Source: an uncultured Bacteroidota bacterium | GTDB lineage: Bacteria > Bacteroidota > Ignavibacteria > UBA10030 > UBA6906 | DNA: 64,000 nucleotides | Assembly (NCBI GenBank): GCA_963700635.1 | Contig: CAVOYH010000003.1 | Location: 1,792,001 to 1,856,000, forward strand | Direction of reading: 5' to 3' | In this document: positions 26,753 through 35,935 of the stretch, piece after piece | How positions within the stretch are numbered: position 1 is the first letter of the stretch | Layout of the letters: every line of letters begins with the position of its first letter | Made by a program: the position numbers and the translations under genes | Notes under the pieces: model-generated | What the model saw: the letters and a program-made list of their open reading frames with translations, nothing else | What the model was told of the DNA's origin: nothing | Databases searched by the model: none

Positions 26753-27576
26753 ACAAACCCGAACCTCTTGCGCTGGGCATTGTCAGCGATGAAATCACCA
26801 ACGATTTCGGCGAAGCGCTCCGCCATGCGCTCTCCTGGGGCATCCATCGGTTTGAACTTCGCTGCCTGAGCACCGGGCGTGTCCCCCGTGTGAGCGGCGA
26901 AGAACTCCGCACGGTTGCGTCGCTGGTGCGCGAGCACGGCGTCCAGATTACGGCGTTGTCCCCGGGCATCTTCAAGGCGCATCTTTCGAAAACGGATGAG
27001 CTCGATGAAGAACTCCGTTCGGTCCTGCCCGCCACCATCGACCTTGCCCAACAGTTTTCCTGTCCGCTGATCATCGCGTTTGGATTTCAACGTGAGGATG
27101 GGGAGCCGGGGGACCGCTATCAGCGGGCGGTGGAGTACATGCGCCGGGCGGCGGAGCTGGCCGGAGCGGCGGGAATCCGGATCGCGATCGAAAATGAACC
27201 GGGGTTCTGGTGCGATACGGGGGTCAATACAGCCCGGTTGATCCGCGACGTCAATTCGCCTTCCCTCGGCGCAAACTGGGACCCGGGAAACGCCTACGGG
27301 ACCGCCGAAAAGCCCTACCCGGAAGGATACGAGGCCCTGAAGAAGAGTATCATCAATGTTCATGCAAAAGACACTGCTGTCGGCTCGCTGATCCGTTGCA
27401 TTCCCATCGGCGAAGGGGCCATCGACTGGAAGGGCCAGGTGGGGGCTCTGCTGCGCGACCGGCCTGTTGAGCATATCACGATCGAAACGCATTGTCATCC
27501 CCTCGTCGAAAACTCGCGGCGCAATGTTGAAGTCCTGCAGCAGATGATGGAACGTGCCCTGCGCGGGCACACGTAG
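26749..27576 (+). CDS. Sugar phosphate isomerase/epimerase family TIM-barrel protein
   Basis: IVSDEI, IAIENE, NWDPGN, VHAKD, IGEGAIDW, TIETH; full E-D-H-E metal set. Confidence 0.88.
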   Translation: MNKPEPLALGIVSDEITNDFGEALRHALSWGIHRFELRCLSTGRVPRVSGEELRTVASLVREHGVQITALSPGIFKAHLSKTDELDEELRSVLPATIDLAQQFSCPLIIAFGFQREDGEPGDRYQRAVEYMRRAAELAGAAGIRIAIENEPGFWCDTGVNTARLIRDVNSPSLGANWDPGNAYGTAEKPYPEGYEALKKSIINVHAKDTAVGSLIRCIPIGEGAIDWKGQVGALLRDRPVEHITIETHCHPLVENSRRNVEVLQQMMERALRGHT

Positions 27577-27628
27577 GCCGGCTCGACATACACACACTAC
27601 CAGCGCACAGGGAAGGAATCACAACCGC

Positions 27629-29647
27629 ATGTCTCCGACACGGAGGTCATTCTTGAAAGCGGGCGCGATGACGGCGGCCGGGCTTTCTCTCGCACCGCCT
27701 CTCATCCACTCCTTCCCCGCAGACCCTCTCCAGAAACCGAAAGCCGCGCACGGATTGCTGTTTGACCCGGCAGACCTTCCCCGCATCCGCTCGACGGTTC
27801 GCCTCCCCCGGTTTGCTCCCTTCTGGCAGTCGCTGCGCGATGCCGACCTGGCCGCCGACCGGAAATTCCTCTCGGAGGAACTGCGGCTGAACAACCATGT
27901 ACGGGACATGCTGCGCGCCAGGCAGATCCTCGAGCGCACCGCGTTTGTCTATGCCCTGACAGAAGACCGCCCGCAGCGTGAAGTGGCCGGGCTGGCGATC
28001 GAACGGCTTCTCCAGTACAAACGGTGGGACTATTTCCTGGAAGGCGGGGAGGAAACAATCGGCCTCCAGCGCGCCCCCGAGGCGACGATCGCAATGGTGT
28101 GTGCCCTGGAGTGGCTCGGTTCCGCATTGCCGGCGGACCTCCGCACGGAGATGGAGCATCAGATCGCAGAGAAAGGGGCCCCGGCCTGCTACCGGACCCT
28201 GTATGGCATGAAATATCCCGAGAGGGTCCGGGGATGGGGATTCGACCCGGAGAGCGACTACGCCTACCGTTTTGATCTTCGCCGCTGGCCGTTGATCTTG
28301 AACTCAACAAACCTCAAGGTGATTCCCATTGCCGGCCTTATGCTCGCCGGCTGCCTGCTCCAGAACAAGCATCCACAGGCGTCACGGTGGGTTGATCTTG
28401 CCCTGCAGAGCGCAACCGCCTTCTCGACCATGTACGGCCCCGATGGAAGTTACGATGAAGGCGTCGGGTACTGGGGGTATACCACGCTTCATCTCGCACT
28501 TGCACTGGACGTGTGTTACCGTGCGCTCGGTCAGGACCATCGCCGGTTGATCAATTTCCCCGGAACCGTCCGCTATGCGCTCGCCATGGCGATGCCCACC
28601 GGCGGCCGCCCGCAGGACTGTGTGAACTTCGGTGACGCCTGGAACATGGGCGACATCTCCGTGGCCGCATGGACCGCCCACCTGCACAACGATCCGGTTG
28701 CGCAGTACGTGGCAACCCATATCGGCCTGATTCAGAGTCCGTTTGCGATCCTCTGGTATGACCCTGCAATTCCAGTCAAGCCCCCTCCGAAAAAACTTCA
28801 CACGGTCCGGCTCGCGAACGATCTGGTCATCACGCGGACCGGCTGGGACGAACGGAGCACGGTGGTGGCGTTGCGAAGCGGCGGACCGGCCAATCATGAA
28901 CACGCCGACCGGAACAGCGTTGTTTTTGCAGCCTACGGTGAGCGCCTCTTTCATGATCCCTTCAAGGCGGCCTATTCGTATACGGATCCGCTCTGGCTTC
29001 TCCGTCTGACGAAGGCCCATACCGCGGTGTTGATCAACGGAAAGGGTCACCAGTATCACGATGGACACGAGGGGACGAATGCATCCTGGGCCGAAGCCCG
29101 CATCGTATCGTATCGCCCGGGGACAGCATCGCTTGTGGCGACCAGCGATGCAACCGATGCGTACCGGCTTGTCGATCCGGCCGTGGCGTACGTGGCCCGC
29201 ACACTTGTGGTGCTGAAGCCGGACGTCCTCGTGCTGGTCGATACAATCCGGCTCCATGACCCCCCGCTGCCGGTTCAACTCCGCTTTCAGGTCGACAATT
29301 CGGATGGTGGCGGTTCCGCTGCCATGGAGGGGACCACGTTTCGTATCCTCCGTCCCGGAGCCACCCTTGCTGCGTCCGTTCATGGCGGCACCGACCTCAG
29401 GCTGCGTACGGGAACTCTCCCTCTCTCACCCGACCATGGAAGCCATCCGTTTGTCGAGGTAGAGTCCGGTCCGTCCGTTGAGCACTCGATCGTAACGGTG
29501 TGTACCGCACAGGAGCGCGGACGGGAGCACGGGACGTTGACCGTCGAACGCACGGGCACCCTGCTAACGATCCGTGGCAGGCACAACGCGCAGATGGTGG
29601 ATCTCCGTCTTGACCTTCACAACGATATTCCCGGGGTAACCCTATGA
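27629..29647 (+). CDS. Tat-exported heparinase II/III-like protein (polysaccharide lyase-like)
   Basis: MSPTRRSFLKAG Tat motif; DGSYDEGVGYWGY, VNFGD, RTGW, NHEHADRNS, TKAHTAVLING. Confidence 0.85.
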   Translation: MSPTRRSFLKAGAMTAAGLSLAPPLIHSFPADPLQKPKAAHGLLFDPADLPRIRSTVRLPRFAPFWQSLRDADLAADRKFLSEELRLNNHVRDMLRARQILERTAFVYALTEDRPQREVAGLAIERLLQYKRWDYFLEGGEETIGLQRAPEATIAMVCALEWLGSALPADLRTEMEHQIAEKGAPACYRTLYGMKYPERVRGWGFDPESDYAYRFDLRRWPLILNSTNLKVIPIAGLMLAGCLLQNKHPQASRWVDLALQSATAFSTMYGPDGSYDEGVGYWGYTTLHLALALDVCYRALGQDHRRLINFPGTVRYALAMAMPTGGRPQDCVNFGDAWNMGDISVAAWTAHLHNDPVAQYVATHIGLIQSPFAILWYDPAIPVKPPPKKLHTVRLANDLVITRTGWDERSTVVALRSGGPANHEHADRNSVVFAAYGERLFHDPFKAAYSYTDPLWLLRLTKAHTAVLINGKGHQYHDGHEGTNASWAEARIVSYRPGTASLVATSDATDAYRLVDPAVAYVARTLVVLKPDVLVLVDTIRLHDPPLPVQLRFQVDNSDGGGSAAMEGTTFRILRPGATLAASVHGGTDLRLRTGTLPLSPDHGSHPFVEVESGPSVEHSIVTVCTAQERGREHGTLTVERTGTLLTIRGRHNAQMVDLRLDLHNDIPGVTL

Positions 29648-30891
29648 AACCTTCCGACAAGCGATTTCAAGACGCACTACAGCTCATTCCCTGGGGGACG
29701 CAGACCAATGCGAAGCGCCCGTATCCCCCGTTTGAGGAGACGATGCCCAAGTTCATTGTGCGCGGCAAAGGATGCCGGCTGTGGGACATGGAGGGGAAGG
29801 AGTATATCGATTTCCGGCTTGCGCTTGGCCCGGTGACGCTGGGGTACTGCAACGACGAAGTGGATGCCGCGGTCCGTGCGCAACTGGCAAACGGCGTGCT
29901 GTTCAGCATGGCCAGCCCGATCGAACTCGATCTCGCCCGGCTCATCCACGACATGGTCCCGAATGCCGAGATGGTTCGCTTCATGAAAACAGGGGAAGAC
30001 GCGAACATGTGCAACGTCCGCATTGCCCGGGCGTTCACGAAGCGGGACATGATTCTGACCAGCGGGTATCACGGGTACCCTGACTGGTTTTCGACGGAGG
30101 GGATTCCCGACAACGGCGTCCCCCCGATCCTGAAAGAGTACGTCAAGGTGATACCGTGGGGGAACTGCGAAGAAGCGGAACGGTTGATCACGTTGTACGG
30201 CGAGCGGATTGCCTGTGTGATCTCCGTCGCCTATGATTTCAACGAGGATACGAGCGGCGACTACATCCGGTTTCTCCGCGAGCTGACGCGGAAACACGGT
30301 ATCCTGCTCGTGCTCGATGAAATCCTGACCGGTTTCCGGCTTGCACCCGGCGGGGCGCAGGAATATTTCGGCGTCGATGCGGATCTTGCGGGGTACGCCA
30401 AAGCCCTCGCCAACGGATTCCCTCTGTCCACGTATGTCGGACGCAAAGAGTACATGGAGATGTTGTATTCCTTCAAGATAACGACGACGTATGCCGGTGA
30501 GACGCTTTCGATGGCCGCAGCCATTGCGACGCTGACGATCATGAAGCGCGAGCGTGTTCACGAACATATCTGGGCCATGGGAAAGCGGCTGATGGAAGGA
30601 TTGTCCTCCGTGGCACGAGACGTCGGCGTCGAGGCGCAGCCGGCGGGGCTTCCTCCAGCACCATTTTTGAAGTTTATCCATCCCGACCCCCGGTTCCACG
30701 AGCGGCTGGAATTCCTCTGGCAACGTGAACTGTATCGGGAGGGGATTTTCGCGCATCCTCGCTGGTTCATCTCCTATGCCCACCAGCCGGCGGATATCGA
30801 TGAAGCGTTGGATAAAGCACGCCGCGCGCTCAAGCGGGCTGTCGAGGCCGAACCCCGGGAACGGGATACCATACAACCATTCTGGTGGTGA
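29644..30891 (+). CDS. Class III PLP aminotransferase (glutamate-1-semialdehyde aminomutase-like)
   Basis: GKGCRLWD.EGKEYID, RFMKTGEDA, GYHG, LDEILTGFR, YAKALANG (PLP Lys), TTYAGE. Confidence 0.88.
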   Translation: MKPSDKRFQDALQLIPWGTQTNAKRPYPPFEETMPKFIVRGKGCRLWDMEGKEYIDFRLALGPVTLGYCNDEVDAAVRAQLANGVLFSMASPIELDLARLIHDMVPNAEMVRFMKTGEDANMCNVRIARAFTKRDMILTSGYHGYPDWFSTEGIPDNGVPPILKEYVKVIPWGNCEEAERLITLYGERIACVISVAYDFNEDTSGDYIRFLRELTRKHGILLVLDEILTGFRLAPGGAQEYFGVDADLAGYAKALANGFPLSTYVGRKEYMEMLYSFKITTTYAGETLSMAAAIATLTIMKRERVHEHIWAMGKRLMEGLSSVARDVGVEAQPAGLPPAPFLKFIHPDPRFHERLEFLWQRELYREGIFAHPRWFISYAHQPADIDEALDKARRALKRAVEAEPRERDTIQPFWW

Positions 30892-30893
30892 TC

Positions 30894-32516
30894 ATGAACG
30901 AACGCATCTACATCGACAGTAATGTCATGGTCGGCCGACGGGGTCCGAAAGACGTCGAGACCCCGGTCGATACTGAAGTCCTCCTTGACGAGATGGCATG
31001 GTGTGGTATCCATGGTGCGCTCATCGGGCACTGGCTCGGAAAAGAGTACGATTCCACCTATGGGAACCGGAAACTCCTGCGCGAACTGGCCAAAAGCCCC
31101 CGGCTCTACGGCGTCTGGTCGGTCATGCCGCATCACACCGGTGAGATGCCCCCGCCGCGAGATGTTCTGCAGGAGATGCGGGACAACAACATTCGTGCGG
31201 CAAAAATGTACCCGCGGTCCCAGCACTACTTTTTCAACGAGAAAGAATGCGGAGACTTGCTGGCAACGCTCGAGGACCAGGAAACCCTCCTGATTCTGGA
31301 GGGCGGGGGAATGTATGCACCGGATATCTTCGATCCCGCGAACCAGGTCCTTCTGGCCGATCTCGACGTCATCCTTGGCACGTACCCACGCCTCCGGGTT
31401 CTGCTGCAGAATGCCCGGTGGGATGCGACACGGTATCTCCACACCCTGATGAGGAACCACGCGAATCTCTACCTCGAGTTTTCCAACCACCAGGGCAACC
31501 GCGCGCTGGAGGTATTTGCGGAATGGTTTGGAGCAGAGCGGCTGCTCTTCGGGTCCGGTGCGCTCGACAAGTCGCCCGGTGCAGCCAAGGCATTTGTCGA
31601 TTATTGCACACTATCGGAAGAGCAGAAGCATCTGGTGGCTGGGGGCAATCTCGCGCGCCTGCTGAAGCTCGAGACTCTCCCCCCGCCGTATCGGGCGAAG
31701 AAGATCTCCGATCCCATCCTCGCCGCAGCCCGCGAGGGAAAGCCGTTGCGGGACACGCTGGTCATCGATGCCCATGCACACATCGCTCACAATGACGCGG
31801 TCGGCGTGGGCTTCATGTTCCAACCATACTCCGATGCTGCCGGGATGGCTGAACGCGCGAAGCTCATGGGGATGTCGCAGATGCATATCAGTTCCTGGGT
31901 CGGCATCTGGGCTGACTACGAGGATGGGAACGCCATCGTGTACGATGCCATGAAGAGGTTCCCGCGGTTCTACCGCGGCTATGCCACGCTGCAGCCTCAA
32001 TATGTGAAGGACTGGAAGCGGGAGATCGCGAAAGTCCACGGGAGGTATCACATGGGCGGGCTCAAACCGTACCATCCCCGCACCGACATCCCGTACAACG
32101 ATGCTGCCTGGGCGCCATGGTTTGAGTACGGCAACCGGCACCGGTGCTACATCCTCCTCCATCAGTCGCCCAATTTCAATGCAGAGCTGATGGACCTCGT
32201 CCCGCGGTATCCCGACATGAGTTTCATCCTTGCGCATCAGGGGGCTTCATTCGCGCAGGCACGCAAAGGGATTGAGATCGCACAGAAGTTCCCCAACGTC
32301 TATCTGGAGATCACCCTCACGGCCGTCACCTATCGCGTCATCGAATTCATGGTGCGGCACGTCGGTGCCGACCGTGTCCTGTTCGGCACGGACCAGCCCA
32401 TGAGGGATCCGACTCCACAATTCGGGTGGATGGCCTACAGTCACTGTACACCGGACCAGAAACGGAAGATGTTCGGACTGAATATGAAGAAGATTGTTCA
32501 GCGGGTGCGATGGTAG
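30894..32516 (+). CDS. Two-domain amidohydrolase family protein
   Basis: Two tandem barrels: IDSNVM...NLYLE...RLLFGS...GGNLARLL and IDAHAH...GLKPYH...LAHQG...NVYLE...RVLFGTD.P. Confidence 0.85.
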   Translation: MNERIYIDSNVMVGRRGPKDVETPVDTEVLLDEMAWCGIHGALIGHWLGKEYDSTYGNRKLLRELAKSPRLYGVWSVMPHHTGEMPPPRDVLQEMRDNNIRAAKMYPRSQHYFFNEKECGDLLATLEDQETLLILEGGGMYAPDIFDPANQVLLADLDVILGTYPRLRVLLQNARWDATRYLHTLMRNHANLYLEFSNHQGNRALEVFAEWFGAERLLFGSGALDKSPGAAKAFVDYCTLSEEQKHLVAGGNLARLLKLETLPPPYRAKKISDPILAAAREGKPLRDTLVIDAHAHIAHNDAVGVGFMFQPYSDAAGMAERAKLMGMSQMHISSWVGIWADYEDGNAIVYDAMKRFPRFYRGYATLQPQYVKDWKREIAKVHGRYHMGGLKPYHPRTDIPYNDAAWAPWFEYGNRHRCYILLHQSPNFNAELMDLVPRYPDMSFILAHQGASFAQARKGIEIAQKFPNVYLEITLTAVTYRVIEFMVRHVGADRVLFGTDQPMRDPTPQFGWMAYSHCTPDQKRKMFGLNMKKIVQRVRW

Positions 32517-34898
32517 ATGGAACGGCTCCCACACGCCCTTGCTCTGCTTGCACTGCTCTTTGCCCTTCAGGAGTCTGACGGAACCGTGGCCGCGCAAACT
32601 TCCGATCGCGCCGTCCTTTCCAATGCACGCGTGCAGGTCGAGCTTGTGCAACGGGGGGGTCGATGGAGCGAACGCTATTCCGCACTCTCGGCGCAGGGCT
32701 GGCTCCCATTACTCGTTTCTGGACATCCCCTTCGTCCCGATCCCTCCTGGAGACGGGATGCGCGGCTCGTGTCCGGCGGGTATGACGAGCTCGCCGTGCA
32801 TCCCCCGGCTTCCGGTGTCCAGAGTGCCGACCTGATCCTGCATGACGGGCCGCACACCATTACGAAACGGATTGAACTCCGCGACGATGATCCGTTCGTC
32901 CATGTGACGCTTTCCGTCGATGTTCACGGGAAGACGGCGATGGAGTTCCTGCTCGGGACGTACTCCTCGCTGGTCGTGCCCGAGGCAGACACGGCTGTTC
33001 ATCGCCCCGAGTTCGTCTTTTCCCCCCAGTTGCGGCCGGAGGCGGATGACGTCATCGGCGACCACGTGTTCCGATCACCCGTCCTGATGGTCCAGCATGG
33101 ATCCCATGTTGCCGCGCTTGTTCCAGACCCCGACCTCATGAATGGCCGCAACCCGCGGATCAGGACAAGTGCTGATCTCCGGACCGACGCGGGCCCGCGG
33201 GCGCTCCTCGCCTATGGCGTGATGCCCTGGGAGAAACGGGCGCACGTCTACTACCGGCACACCGACAGCATGACTGTTGCCGTCCGCGACTCCACCGTAT
33301 CCTGCGGATACTACCTCTACGTGCGAGCGGACGCCCCTCCACGTGAGGGATACCGCGACGCCGTGCGCTTTCTCTGGGAACGGTTCGGCCGGCGCGCTTT
33401 TGATGATCCGCGCGGACCCCAGTCGGAGCCATTCCGTTCGTATGTGCACAAAGCATGGGACGAATTCGTTCCGCGCGTTGCGCTCGAGACCACGTATGAG
33501 GGTCAGCCCGTCACCCTGCTGCGACAGGCCCGGCTGGCATGGAGCAATGCTCTGGATACATCGGCGAACAACGATGCATGGTTCAATGTCTGGTTCAACT
33601 CCCTGCGGACTGCATACGGTATGGCGCTTCATGCCCGTGCGACGGGGAATGCGGAGTTGAAGCGTCAGGCCGAGGGGGTGTTGAACCTTGCTCTTCTCGC
33701 GCCCCAGCATGACGGCATCGCTCCATCGATCTTCACCCTCGACGGCAGTGGCGGGCACTGGGTTGCTGACCATGCGTGGGGAGGGATCCGCAAAGGGACC
33801 TTCTATTCCATGTTTCACAATGCATGGACCTGCACCTGGCTTCTCTTCTGGGCCGACCTGTTTCCCTCCCGCCGGCAGGAGATTATGGAGTTCACGGGCC
33901 GATTCGCCCGTTTCTTGATTTCGCGACAGCACGACAACGGCGTAATCTCATCCTGGTACGCGCCGGTCACTCTGGAACCTGCGGAAGAATTCCGGGACGA
34001 AAATGCTGAAACCGCCGGCGCAGCCCTTTTCCTGGCCGAGTATGCCGGGAGGACAGGCGATCCCGAGGCCCTCCGCGCCTCACGGCTGGCCATGAACTAC
34101 ATTGTTTCCGCCATACTGCCGGAGCAGAAGTGGTTCGATTTTGAAACGTTCTTTTCGTGTTCACGGAAGCCACTCGGCTTTTTCGACAGGTACACCGGAC
34201 AGCACCCGCAGAACACCCTTTCCATGCACCAGGCCGCTGAGGCCTTGCTTACGCTCTCCCGGGTTACAAAGGACGACGCGTATCGTCGCAACGGCGAAGC
34301 AATCCTCGATTACCTGAGTCTGTACCAGCAGGTATGGAGTCCACGCTGGCTCTCCTGTGAGCTCTTCGGGGGGTTCGGGGTCCAGAATACCGACGGGGAG
34401 TGGAGTGATTCGCGCCAGGGATACTTTGCCGTGACATACTTCAACTATTTCGCCGTCACCGGACGGCGCGAATACTTCGAGCGTGGTGTTGCAGCGTTGC
34501 GGGCCATGTTCTCGCTCTTTGAATCCCCCGACTCTCCACGCACGGCCGAGAACTACGCGCATGCCTCCTCTGATCAGCTGGCGGGCGTGACCGGACTCCA
34601 TTGGGGCACCGGAAGCTCCGTCGTTTCCATTCATGTCATCACGGAGCGTTATGGCGACGCATATGTCCACCTCCCGGGTTCCTGGGGAGGCGGAGTCGAC
34701 GGATGCCGGGTGAACGGCGTTCGGGTTGCCGCAGATACCGTTACGGTCTCGGTCGCCGATGCCGTCAGTTCCCCGCGCACGATCCGTCTGGTCTTCGGGG
34801 AGCCGGACGGCCATCCGTACACCGTCATCGTCAACGGGAAAAACCTGGGGCGCTTCGATCCAGCCGCTTTGCAGAAGGGAGTCCGCTGTGAACTCTGA
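32517..34898 (+). CDS. Secreted uncharacterised protein, probably beta-sandwich plus (alpha/alpha) barrel
   Basis: 793 aa; Sec-like signal; helical C-terminal half with ENAETAGAALFL, WFDFETFFSCS and GGFGVQNTDGEWSDSRQ. The fold is inferred. Confidence 0.65.
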   Translation: MERLPHALALLALLFALQESDGTVAAQTSDRAVLSNARVQVELVQRGGRWSERYSALSAQGWLPLLVSGHPLRPDPSWRRDARLVSGGYDELAVHPPASGVQSADLILHDGPHTITKRIELRDDDPFVHVTLSVDVHGKTAMEFLLGTYSSLVVPEADTAVHRPEFVFSPQLRPEADDVIGDHVFRSPVLMVQHGSHVAALVPDPDLMNGRNPRIRTSADLRTDAGPRALLAYGVMPWEKRAHVYYRHTDSMTVAVRDSTVSCGYYLYVRADAPPREGYRDAVRFLWERFGRRAFDDPRGPQSEPFRSYVHKAWDEFVPRVALETTYEGQPVTLLRQARLAWSNALDTSANNDAWFNVWFNSLRTAYGMALHARATGNAELKRQAEGVLNLALLAPQHDGIAPSIFTLDGSGGHWVADHAWGGIRKGTFYSMFHNAWTCTWLLFWADLFPSRRQEIMEFTGRFARFLISRQHDNGVISSWYAPVTLEPAEEFRDENAETAGAALFLAEYAGRTGDPEALRASRLAMNYIVSAILPEQKWFDFETFFSCSRKPLGFFDRYTGQHPQNTLSMHQAAEALLTLSRVTKDDAYRRNGEAILDYLSLYQQVWSPRWLSCELFGGFGVQNTDGEWSDSRQGYFAVTYFNYFAVTGRREYFERGVAALRAMFSLFESPDSPRTAENYAHASSDQLAGVTGLHWGTGSSVVSIHVITERYGDAYVHLPGSWGGGVDGCRVNGVRVAADTVTVSVADAVSSPRTIRLVFGEPDGHPYTVIVNGKNLGRFDPAALQKGVRCEL

Positions 34899-35904
34899 CC
34901 GGGGATCAATGGATCGTTGTTTGGGACGATGTATTCTCCTGCTGATCCTCATGCTTGCCGCGGGAGGTCCGGCGGTCGCGCAACAGGACACGGTGTACAT
35001 GTCGGTCCTCAATTCGCGCCGCCATGCCTGGGGCCGGAGCGATAACCCGACCATCGGACTGTTCGTGAGTACGGACGCGGGCCGAACATGGCATCACCGG
35101 GGCTGGCGCGAGTATATCCGGATGTTCTTCACCACCGCAGGTCCCGACGGCTCGCTCTGGTCGGCCTGTGGCAACGGCATCCTGTGTTCCGTCGACCAGG
35201 GTGCGACGTGGAAGATTACGACCGGGTGGGAAATCACCGAGGTCCTCAAGGTCGCGATCGACCCCCGGCATCCCTCAACCGTTGCTGCGGCAACAGCATA
35301 TGGCCCTGTTCTGAGCACTGATGCCGGCGCCACATGGAGGTATCTCCGGAACGGTCTGCCTCGCCCCTTCGTGTCAGACATCTGTATCGACCGCACGACC
35401 GGTTCGCTGCTGGTCCCGACCGAGCTCGGCATATTCAGGACAGACGGCGTGGACTCTCTCTGGCAGCCCACGTCACTGCGCGGCATCGATACCAGGACGG
35501 TTGTCCAGCATCCCGGGAATCCCGGGATCTTCTGGGCGGGAACGGAAGACGAGGGAGTGTGGATGTCGGCGGATGGCGGGAAGACCTGGACTGCGAAAAA
35601 CAACGGTTTGGACCACCGTACCGTGTATGCCATTGCCTTCGGGTACTCCCCGGCTCCAGTGATCTTTGTCGGTACTCACGGCGGGGGGGTGTACCGGTCA
35701 TCGGACAATGGAACAACATGGCGACAGGTTGGGGCCGGACTCACAAATCTCGACATTCATACGATTGTCGCGCTCCGTTCGCGTCCGCGGACGATCCTTG
35801 CCGGTTCGCTCAACGGGGGGTTGTTCGAAAGCACGGATAACGGGGAGACCTGGCGGTTCAACAGCCAGGAGGACTCGCAGGTGTGGGGGTTGTCGGTACA
35901 ATAA
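34888..35904 (+). CDS. Secreted BNR/Asp-box beta-propeller protein 1
   Basis: Start GTG 34888 or ATG 34909; signal peptide; Asp boxes STDAGRTW, SVDQGATW, STDAGATW, SADGGKTW, SSDNGTTW, STDNGETW. Confidence 0.82.
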   Translation: MNSDRGSMDRCLGRCILLLILMLAAGGPAVAQQDTVYMSVLNSRRHAWGRSDNPTIGLFVSTDAGRTWHHRGWREYIRMFFTTAGPDGSLWSACGNGILCSVDQGATWKITTGWEITEVLKVAIDPRHPSTVAAATAYGPVLSTDAGATWRYLRNGLPRPFVSDICIDRTTGSLLVPTELGIFRTDGVDSLWQPTSLRGIDTRTVVQHPGNPGIFWAGTEDEGVWMSADGGKTWTAKNNGLDHRTVYAIAFGYSPAPVIFVGTHGGGVYRSSDNGTTWRQVGAGLTNLDIHTIVALRSRPRTILAGSLNGGLFESTDNGETWRFNSQEDSQVWGLSVQ

Positions 35905-35935
35905 ATACTGATACGCTACGGAAGAGGGTGACTGT

